This document shows, one piece after another, positions 53,586-64,000 of a DNA stretch of 64,000 bases. Within the stretch, counting starts at the first letter, position 1, and each line of letters begins with the position of its first letter. Below the pieces are notes generated by a model. The model was not told the origin of the DNA. It did not search any database and worked only from the letters and a program-made list of their open reading frames with translations. Source of the stretch: Trichoplax adhaerens (lineage: Eukaryota > Animalia > Placozoa); the NCBI RefSeq assembly GCF_000150275.1, contig NW_002060944.1, positions 8,198,735 through 8,262,734 on the forward strand. The letters are read 5' to 3'. The position numbers and the translations under genes are program-made.

Positions 53586-53730
53586 ATTATTTAATTTAAT
53601 TAGTCGTTCATATTTTGATTGTTACTTGCTAGTTATATCAAGTATCCACGACTGTAGATAAAACAATCAAAATATGAACGACTAATTAAATTAAATAATA
53701 GTGGATACTTGCAGCAACTAGCAAGTAACA
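53586..53730. repeat. Interleaved double inverted repeat
   Basis: Perfect 38-bp inverted repeat at 53586-53623/53662-53699 plus a 26/30 inverted repeat at 53620-53649/53701-53730. Confidence 0.95.
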
Positions 53731-53861
53731 GTCTATGGTATTATCCTTCCCGTAAGTCAACGACTAATAAGCACGTAAATAATTTTATTTGAAGCTACTT
53801 TATTAATTCCATTTAAACTAAATATAACTAAATATACGACTAAGGCAAGAGATCATAAGGA

Positions 53862-56417
53862 TCAAATGCTAATAGAAGAAGTTGGAGACAATGTCTGTAT
53901 GACATGTGGTAGTTTAGTAGTTAAGCCAAAATTTGGGCAAACAGAGGGACAAGTGAAGACTAATTCTTCTGTAGTTTTTGTTAAAGTTTCAATCAATGGT
54001 GGACAGCTAATGACAGTTCTTGAAATTGTAGTAGTGGTATAAACTGTTTTCGTTGAATGAATACAGATACTTGACAAACTTTCAAGTGGCTCAGTAGATA
54101 AACTTTCCAATTCGATAAAACTAGAAGTCGAAAGAATATCTGACTTAACTGAGCTAGTAACAACAGTAGTAACAATTTCTGGTACAGATGTTTCGGTACT
54201 AGTAAGAAATTCTTCACTTTCCTCTGAGGAAAAGACTAAAGATTCAGATTCGCTTTCTAAAATACTTGATATTTCACTTGAAAGAACGGATGTACTTTGC
54301 ACAACATCGGAACTGCTTACGCTGCTTCTTGTACCAATAGAAGATGATGAAACAACGCTTGTCGTCTCAATTATGCTCGAGATTTGACTAGTTATTTCTG
54401 ATGAAACAACGCTTATCGTTTCAATTGTGCTCGAGACTTCACTAGTTATTTCTTGACTTGATGAAACGGCCGTTGTTGATTCTATTTCTTCAGAAGAACT
54501 TTCTACCTCAGAAGAACTTTCTATCTCAGAAGAGATTTCACTACTGACAAATTCAAATGATGATATTTCGCTTTCTTCGACGATCGTGGTAGAAGGTTCG
54601 ATAAATTCGCTTGATTCAACACTAGTAGTAATTTCCACAGGAGTTGAAGATATAACCAGTGATTCCACTCTAGTAGTCGTCATCCTTCTGCTTGATACCG
54701 TAGAAACTGATCTGCTAAATATGAAAGTCGAGGTAGACGATGATGTCGGTACGCTAGAGGTTTCTGGTACGCTAGATGATGTTATAATACTTGAAATAAC
54801 GCTTGAACTTTCTATGGAACTTGTAATCTCTACTCAATGATAAAAAAAAAATGAATGTAAACTCATTCTACATATTCGTAAATTAGGCGCGCATATTATA
54901 CTATTTACTGAGTATTCATACTATCCATCAAGGCAAAATCTTTACATTATCACAAATAACTACAAAAAAAGCGTAGACAAAAATACAATCCATTATTTAC
55001 CATCTTCTCGACTTGATATCGGTTGAACGATAGAAGTAGTACTTGGCTGTGGAATGATAGACGATGTTTCCTTATCACATTCAATTTTCTTATACCATGA
55101 TTGACAGTTCTTCAAGGTTTCTATTACGGAGAATATTAGAATGTCATTGCATCCGAGATGTTTATTCTAAGGATAATCTAGGAAAGACTTGAATATAAAA
55201 CTTACTTCTTGATCCAAGATAAACCTTGCATATTTCATGCCAATTTAATTTACGATACCATACAGCAACTTGGCTAAATTTAGCATTTGTCGTTGTTTTA
55301 TGGTGAATCGATCGCCCAAGTAAAAATTTAGTAAAATTATAATGCGATGGAGCGTAATGGTATCGGCTAACTTCACATTCTTTTGTGTTCACAAAAAGAC
55401 GAAATTTTTTAAGTCCGTTAAAAGTAAAAAGAACATGAGCCCATTTGCCTATAATTCTAGACGGAATCGTGGAGTAGTAGATAAAATTGCCAACGGAAGC
55501 AATAAAGTAGGGGTGTTTGCCGGAAAATAATGCGATTCTAAAAAAATCTTTTAATCCGCCAGCACTAACATAATAACCATCATTATGATAACCATATCGT
55601 GCGATCATCTTGATCCATAAACTGACGGTTAAACCGTTAGTACAAAGTGATAAATTTCCTAAACATTCATTGGTATATTCACCAAGATGCACCCAGCTTT
55701 GGCCATCTGTACCAATACCACCCGGTTGAGGAGGGCATGGCCATAAAACAGCAGCATAGTGTTTAGCTGTACCATCATATTGACCGCAGACATTCTCAAC
55801 TGTTTTACCGTTCTTCAATTTACTTAACGGCCAAAATTCGTCGGCTCCACAAAACCAATTTTCTATTGATTTCAAAGTAGAATTCAGTTTAAAACCAGTT
55901 AGAAATATAGTTTACTGTCGTTTTTAATTAGTATACTGTATAGTCTGACAGCCTCCAAAAAGATTACTTCAGTTTTTATTAAAGTAAATTTATTGTTAGA
56001 TCCTATATTATTATTAACTTTAGATAAAAAAATTTAAAGAATGCGGAGATACAAAAGAAATACAGTTAGAGATCTACCTTGCTATTAAAAAATACAGAAC
56101 TTACTTTTACCCTTGTGGTGATGATAATAATCATCATAAACCCAGCCTGGAGGATATGAATCGTATGACCAATGCGAATTGTGATGATAACCGCCATAGC
56201 CATGCCCGCCCTGATGATCATATTGATCATTGCCGTGGCCATATCCTGCCTGACATAGCAAACTCGAACCTAAAATTATAACAAGCTTGATAGAGATATA
56301 AAGATTGTCAATATCGCAATCGATTATAGTGAATAAATCAGAAATATTAGTCGCTATTTAAAATGAAATTGAGATTTAAAAATTACGAAAACTTACAATT
56401 GAAGCTATTTTCAGCAT
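53862..56417 (-). CDS. Secreted His/Tyr/Gly-rich + LamG/pentraxin-like + Ser/Thr-rich mucin-like protein (648 aa, 5 exons)
   Basis: Exons 56397-56417, 56105-56285, 55206-55862, 55001-55120 and 53862-54829 splice in frame (1947 nt). Signal peptide MLKIASILVIILGSSLLCQA. Concanavalin/LamG3-type motifs FWPL, CLGNLSLCTNGLTVSLWIK, GKWAHVLFTF, LFVN, VAVWYRKL. About 300 aa of S/T/E-rich tail. Confidence 0.85.
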
Positions 56418-58666
56418 GGTGGTTGGTATTTGCCGAGAAATATCTGCAGCGATAGAGGCTGTTATTATATCAGCGATCGGCGAAAAAGAAGGCTGGTTTG
56501 CTGTTCTCACGCGTTTAAATCTACTCCTTGAGGGCTTCACAGTACTTTATTTGATTTTGAATCCGTCAACTTTACAGTCAACATCGTGCGAGATTTTATC
56601 CTATTATAGACGGTATAGTCCGTCCTGTGACTGATTCATTCTTGAGGTAAAATTTTTAGGACACCTTCAAGATGAAAGTTAAAGTTGAAAAAGATAAAAA
56701 TATTTTTAGTAGGTAAGATATCGTTAAACTTTTCATCACTATTCGATAAAAGAAACTTTAAGCTAGCTGTGATTGCGTTCATTTCCTCAATCATGGATTA
56801 CCGCGCCATTTAAATGAAACTTTTTGATAGCTTTTAAACGAAAAAATTATTGTCGTTCTAAATAATATCGCTATTACCTAATATGTGAGTATCATTTAGG
56901 CAATAAAAATGCCCTATCAAAGCGTGTCAATTATAAAAAATACTTACGTCATAAAATCAACAAATCAATACATAAACGCAAATAACCAAAGCTGTCACAA
57001 AGTATCCTTATTTGCCGGATTAGGAGGTAAGCAAGCAATCGTAAGCTGAGGCTTTGCCAAACCTTTATAAGCAAAATTATCACGTGGAATAAGAGTGATA
57101 TGCCAAAAATTAATACAGTTCGATCAATAATATCCCGTGCATAATAACCAGATTTCATCACGCTTTCATAACTTCGTGATTCTGCTCTCTGACGTCGTCT
57201 TAGTTGTTACGCAAAAGATCTCGTCAATGCAGGATAAGATAGAAGTAACCTTACGGTGGTGCTATATTTTGAATTTATAACTGGATAGTAAATATTGAAC
57301 ATGGCAAGCCTGGACTAAATTTAAACGCCTTCAAAATGATGATCTTAGATCAATAGCAGGATATAGGAAGGCAGATAATGTATGTGCACTACAATGATCC
57401 ATTTCACTGCAATAATTGCCCAACGCGCATTAAAACAAAATATAGTTTGTGTTGAATTCTTTATTGCTCACGTAAGGAATCTAGACCACCTCAACGAATG
57501 AAACAAACACCCCCAAAAATCTTACAAAGGTAGTAAAGATTATATCTGTTCCGTAAGATCTTATTCACTCCCCAGAAATTTCGGTTCATGAGCCGTTGAA
57601 ATATGGGTGGGTAGCAAAGCTACACTGCATCCGATGCTCGTTACTGAAAAGCCATTTTTTGTATGCACCTAAAGCTATTTTTAATACTGAATACTGGTTA
57701 GATAAGAAATTAATACTATTCTTTAGAAAGTTGTTCATTTTGGTGGTAATGCTCACTATAGTCATGCTCACTATATATAGATAATTAAACTTGTAAAAGT
57801 CAGAATGTGTTATAGTTTAGTAATGATGAGATTCAGATTCGAAAGGGTGCGGCTACTTTGCATACTTGTAAAATGCGCGAATATGTAAACGACAGCAACA
57901 TGCATACATAAAGACTTACATCTAGCTGTAACATGAGAATCATTTGTAATCATCTGTCGAACTACTTTTAGATTCCACTTATTCGTAAGAAAAGCAGAGA
58001 ATGCAGCACCTGATCCTCGTATTAAACATTATTTTATAACGGCTACTGTAAATTGAACATGAATTGCCATGTGTGCAATTGGCACCAAACTTCAGAAATA
58101 CTTGATCATTATTTTTTTATTTCTATATGTTGAAAAACTGAATCGATTATTCGTTTGTTTACTTCAACTGAGTTATCAATACTAGAAGTCCATGACTACT
58201 ATAAGATTAAGGATATCAAGTCTTAAACATACTTATCAATATGCAATATCTTCAGTGGATGTTGCTTGCGGATAGTTTAAACTACTGTACCGCGTTTAAA
58301 TAAATCCAAACAACGAATTATCTATTTATTGTAGACTATTAACGACTTCATTTTGGCCAAATGCGGTCATTATAATTTGACTCTTCAAGTTTAAATCCTT
58401 GGTGAATATTGCTCATTTCAAAGCATAAGAAATACGAGTTATTAATTTATTAAATCAATTTCCAATCGGATTATCGCGGTAAAACACTAAAAAGCGCTTT
58501 AGTCATACGGCTGCATTTCGTCCGCCAGAATAGTTAGGATAAAATGTGTAAAATAGATGTCGTACCATTTCTTGATATTATACTTCAATCAAGGCTTAAA
58601 TTGACGACATCTGTTTTACCATCTAGGTGTACAGTACTTTACTGTATTATGAACTAACGTTGGTAT

Positions 58667-58692
58667 TGTACTGTACTGTACAGTACAGTACA
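58667..58692. repeat. Perfect 26-bp palindrome of TACAG pentamers
   Basis: TGTACTGTACTGTACAGTACAGTACA. Confidence 0.9.
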
Positions 58693-58844
58693 GTACGAGT
58701 ACAGCTTTATACTGTACACTGTAGTGTACGCGTACTGCCACTAGACCAGAAAGGTTTGGTTCGGTTCAACACCTTTGTGATCAGTCTGCCACTGTAGCGA
58801 TTAATGGCTCAGTTGGATGAAACTGGAAAAGGATATGATGATCC

Positions 58845-58858
58845 GTTGTCATAGCTAC
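58845..58858. promoter_or_regulatory. RFX X-box upstream of CCDC40
   Basis: GTTGTCATAGCTAC, a 14-bp X-box about 300 bp before the ATG of a motile-cilia gene. Confidence 0.7.
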
Positions 58859-59155
58859 GTCGATAATATCTTCACTAGCTATCGACCCGGTGCTGTCGGC
58901 ACTCTGGACTTGGCCTGAGTCAACTACATATTCCTTTACTTTTCAAATAGACTAGCATATACGTCACATATTGGAAGGCTATTACCGTCAATTTAACTGA
59001 CTGTGAGTAGAAATTGGTATAACTGGAGCTGTTATTTTCAATCCATCGACTAGAAATTGTTGCTGTAGAAGATTGAAAACGATCAATTTCCATTCAATTA
59101 GAGTAGCAATACTGTAGAATTTCTATCATCAGATTGGATTGCCTAGTGATTTATT

Positions 59156-62100
59156 ATGGCTGATAACCGAGTCCAAAGTGATCCAAATGAATACGATGAG
59201 AATTTAAATCAGGGTAACGGTAATCTCGATAATCAATATGGAGATGATCCTGTCATAACCAATGAAGATAATGCTGATGCAGAGGAGTATCATCAATTTG
59301 ATCCAAATACTGTCCTTACGGATAATCACACTATCGATGAAGATGAAGAATCAATCAATGATGATAATGAAAATGACGACGGTGTTGATTTTGCTAATAA
59401 ATCTAGCAAGCCAAGTAGTGCAGAATTAGTGGAATATCAACCATCCAGAGATGACGAAGACTTAGAGGAAGATGATAACATCGATGATGACGATTTAGAC
59501 GATCAGAGTGAAATGATTGTGTTAGATCCTGATCATGTAAGTAGTAAAAGTACCAGTGTACAGTATTAAAAGGAACATTCTACATAACTTATATTAAATC
59601 TCCGTGGTATACAATTCTAGCCTCTCATGAAAAGGTTCCAAGCTGCTTTGAGGAAGCAATTAACAAAGCAATACGAAAAAGTCAATCTTGAACTAAGAGA
59701 AATGGTAAGTTTTGATAAACATTGTTAGAACTAGCAGCTAAATTAAAAAATCTTCTTTTCCCTTTTATGAATATTGTATTTCTACAAGTTAACTATTAAC
59801 AGTTGGACACTATCATGATGGTGCTACTAAAGAATTTGCATTGTTATAATTTATAATAATGTACCTAGTGGCATAACGATTCTGTCTTATGAATGTTACA
59901 TTAAATAGCAAGAAACGGTCAAAAAGAAGAAATTACAACGCGAAGAATTAGGTGTTTCACTATACAATTTACAACAAGAGTTGGCAAAACAACAAACCTC
60001 ATTAGAGAAAGAGCATGACGACTTTAATCAGCTATACAAAAATAGACAAGCGTCCGAGACTGATCTTAATGAAACTAGACAACAATATAAACAGCTAGTC
60101 GATAAACTGGATCAGTTAATTCAAAAGCGTAAGTAATTTATTATAGATAACTTAATTACCTGATATCTGATGATACATAACTCAATTTATTCCATAATTT
60201 TTACTGAACATCTTTACTACCGTATAATTAAAATGATCTATTTTAGGAGATCAATTGCAAAGTGAGATGGAGAAAACTGCAGCACAACTAACTTACATGG
60301 AGAATGCTAAACGCGATATCAAATCCGATATCGCCGTAATGAGGCGAGCAGCAGAAAAAGCCAATGAAGAAATCAGTAAGGCAGAAGAAGAAAAGCAGCA
60401 ACAAGTAAATTATGAAATTTAGAAATTTAGTAATTCAGTAACAGAATCAGACGTATTAAGTTAACAATTTCTTTTTATTACGTGATTAGGATTTATTTAT
60501 TAATCGGATTACTGAAGTTATACAAAAACAAGAAGAGAAAATTAGACTATATGAAGCTCAATGTAAAGCACAAACAGAGGAAACAAAAGCTGCTCGTACT
60601 TTAGTTTCTGATGCAACAACTGAAATTGAGGTAACTAGTACACATGAGGAAGAAGAGTTATCACCGCAACGAACACAACTTTACTGTCAAAGTATCTTTA
60701 TCTTAATAACTTAAAACCAATTATTAATTTCAGTCGATCAACTTTGAAAAAAAACAACTGATGCAACAGTGGAACAGTAGCTTAATTGGGTTAAGAAGAA
60801 GGGATGAAGCGTTGGCTGGGCTTCGTAAAGCAATCGAGTAAGCTATAATTGAAAGTTACATCGATAGATGGAAATAAAATTGAAAAGTTTCAATCATTCT
60901 AATAATAATACATTAGTTTTCGTTAACTAATTGCATTTTATATAAACTAATCCAACTATTCTTTATTTATAACTTGACACAAACTTATAGCCTACAACAA
61001 CAACAATTACTTGCTTACGATACTGAAATTGCTGTAACGAAAAAATCAATTGAAAAAGAGCAGAAACAGAATGAAGGGTTAACGTTAATAAATAATAAGA
61101 ACGAAGCTGAGCTAATCTTAGTCAAGAAACAAATTACAACTAGTCAGCAAAAATTAGACTCGGTTAAAATTGATTACAGCAAAATGAATAGAACACTGCG
61201 TGAAATAGAGCAACACTTAAATAAAGTTACTGCGGTAAGTTAACTGCCTCAAAGTCCTCTTTTAAGGATTAATGTAAATTGATAATGCTGGATCGCTCAT
61301 TTTAATAGTAAATTTAATAAGTTAATCACTAAAATTTCAATGTAAACGTTACTAACGTATAAAATGTCACCTTTACTTCGAAAATATTTCTTGCAATAAT
61401 ACTAAACTTACTTTATGTTGGAATGTCATACTATTTTTAGGATGTAGTATTAAAGAATAATGACTTAATCGCATTAAGAAAGAATATTGAGCGAGTCTAT
61501 GATGACAAAGTGAAATTGCAAAGTGCAATTGAAAAGGAATTATACTCGCGGCAGACCATTGATAAAGCTTCAAAATATTCCAAAAAAGTTACCAGTAAAA
61601 TAAGGCAAACTTTGATGTCTAAGGTATATTTTTTATAAGCCATATACTTATAACATCAGTAATTATTTAGAATTACGAGTACATAAATTTTTATACTTTT
61701 AGATCTTAATATTGTAAGAAGCAAATCACGATAATTCATTTTTATTAAATAAGTGTTCATACATCTGATAGATTTATCAATTTTATATTAGTATCTATAT
61801 CATTATTCACTACTCAAAACTATGAAACAAAAAGCTATACTTTTGCTGCAGTATGATGACAAATTTTTGCTATATCTTCACAAATTTTCCTATAGGAAAA
61901 TGAAGTTGCTGCTATCGAAAATGAAATCAGTCATACTGTATTATCTACAGTTCAATGTAAGAATCGTCTTGAAAAATCAAATCAACAATTAGATCAGTAC
62001 AACCAAGAAATACGTGAAAAGAATAAATTGATTGGTAAATATGAAAGTTCAGTTAATGGTAGTAATGCCACCATTGAAAAGAAGCAAACTCAAATTGATC

Positions 62101-63890
62101 AATTAAATAAAAAAATTGAAAAGATATTAAGCAGCCGTGAAGGTGGTGGTGAGGAATTAGGCCCGCTGGAGATTCAAATTAAGACATTATTAAAACAAAT
62201 TGAAAGCTTACATCAAGAGAATGAACAACTGAAACAATTCTGGTTACGTGGGCAAAATGAATTAGTAAAACATACTAAAGAGCGCGAAGAGCAAGGGGAT
62301 GGTGTTGAATCACTAAAAAAACAATTTACAGTATTAAATCAGAAGAAATTAAGAATTGAGAATCAAATTCAAAGTGAAGAGAAAGAAATTGCTGAAGTCT
62401 CTCATAGCACACGCAATTTACGCAATGAAATGATTAAATTAAATATGTTAATATCCAAAAAAAATAACCAACGTGAAGATATGGAACAAAGCAACATTCT
62501 AATGGAAAGTGAATTTATCAAAGCATTAAAAGAAGCAGAGATAGCATCTATGGAAATGGATAATAATTTGCAAATGTTAAATGAAGAAAAGGAGCGTTTA
62601 TTAAGTAGTCTTGTTGAAGCTGAGCGACAAATTATGCTTTGGGAAAAGAAGACACAACTAGCTAAAGAGATGAGAGCAGCTGTCGATTCTGAAACCGGTC
62701 AGGGTGAAATAAAAGCAATGAAAATGGAAATTCATCGTATGGAAGTTCGCTATGGCCAATTATGTCGACAACAAGAGAAAATGATTCAAGATATGGAGAA
62801 ATCAGTATTTAAACGTGAGTGTATTGTAACGCGCAGTGATGCGCAAGCTAAGACCGGACGTAATGAAAATACCAAGAGAGCATTTCAAAAGAATTTAGTT
62901 GAAATCAAAAAGAAAATCAAAAAAACTACCGAAGATGTAGCAAATGGTGATGGCGAGCTCAAACGATACCGTGAAATGCAAGTACAACTTAGTCAAGGTC
63001 TCGAAAGCAAAAAAGAATCATGCCATACATTGCAGCGTTCGATTGATGCAGTTGAAGCAGATGTAGATCAAATGGCTGAAATGAAGCAAAAGGTAAGAAA
63101 AATTAATCAATTGATATTTTCAATATCAGAATGAAACCATATATAATGCTCAAAATTCGAAATTGTTAAAGTATATACGTTATAAGTATCAATTTACAGT
63201 GGCTTTATATAGGATCAGTTTATAAATTTTACAATTTACAATAATCGCTCTAAAAATTATAATCCAAACTTGTTAATTAATCTATGTTCTGCAATCTATG
63301 AACGCTGCAGACATTTGCTTAACAATATTATATTAAGATGCTTAATTGTAAACAAATTAGTTTTAACATAAATTAATTTTTGTCACATAATCTCTTCAAT
63401 ACCAAAAAAAACGTCTTCATTCTAATGATTAGATACACAAAAGCAATAATTCCTTATCATTGTATCTCTATTCAGCTGCTGCATCTTAAAACTCTTTACA
63501 TATTCTTAATAGCTAATATTTTGCTAAGTTAAGCTTATAAATGGAAGATAACGCTATAAGAATTATTATCTTTTATAACAGTACTACATAACTTAGTTTA
63601 AAAAGTAAAATCTAAAAATTGTCTTTTTTTATTTAATTTAAAATAAGAATTTTTCGGAAATTCTGGAAGGCCAACAACGTGTTAAATATTACCAAGAATT
63701 AAAAGATGGTAAATATCGTATGTTATGCAAGACACATGAAGGTATTGATAACGAATGGCAGCGTCAACATGAAAAGACTCAGTCATTAAATACTTTAATC
63801 GATCGATTAAATCAAGAGTATCCCTATGCACAATCTTCGTTACGAAAAGTGACACAGATGATATCTAATAAGATGACTACCTTGTATTAG
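59156..63890 (+). CDS. CCDC40: Coiled-coil domain-containing protein 40 (axonemal 96-nm ruler)
   Basis: Acidic N-terminus, then MIVLDPDH/PLMKRFQAALRKQL, REELGVSLYNLQQELAKQQ, QQWNSSLIGLRRRDEA, ELGPLEIQI, LVEAERQIMLWEKKTQLAKEMRAAVDSETGQGEIKAMKMEIHRMEVR. Last exon 63648-63890 ends KVTQMISNKMTTLY*. Confidence 0.96.
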
Positions 63891-64000
63891 TTACTTTATC
63901 TGAATGAAAATTACTATGTCCTTTACCGCTGTTAGACTGTAAGTACACTACAGATTGCGAATACTGTATTTAGTTACGTTTTAATGATGGCAAAATTTAG

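Noticed and set aside
3398-63647. Six AAG splice acceptors (CNOT3 twice, ATF7IP, DDX47, secreted gene, CCDC40)
   Set aside because: Required for correct gene models, but a handful among roughly a hundred introns is not clearly above normal animal frequency.
1-64000. U12-type introns, tRNA/rRNA genes and transposase/RT ORFs
   Set aside because: RTATCCTT-like words were not at exon boundaries; no cloverleaf, rRNA-like or transposon coding sequence was recognised by eye.

Overview
Eukaryotic, AT-rich, gene-dense, intron-rich animal DNA. The short GT-AG introns, roughly one gene per 7-8 kb and full metazoan gene set are consistent with a placozoan (Trichoplax-like) genome; this is an inference, not a database match. 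Hand-splicing gives seven recognisable genes: CNOT3 (-), CEP131/AZI1 (+), ATF7IP/MCAF-like (+), DDX47 (-), peflin PEF1 (+), UBE2O (-) and CCDC40 (+). Two genes are not recognisable. One is a 648-aa secreted protein (signal peptide, His/Tyr/Gly-rich peptide ending in GKK, LamG/pentraxin-like domain, Ser/Thr/Glu mucin-like tail). The other is a putative 132-aa four-exon orphan head-to-head with ATF7IP. Non-coding highlights: RFX X-boxes upstream of both ciliary genes; a TACAGTA/TACTGTA word clustering at most promoters; five unrelated degenerate tandem arrays of 120-270 bp near gene 5' ends; an interleaved (A-B-A'-B') double inverted repeat; and a promoter G-quadruplex motif. No rRNA, tRNA, CRISPR or intact transposon ORF was seen.
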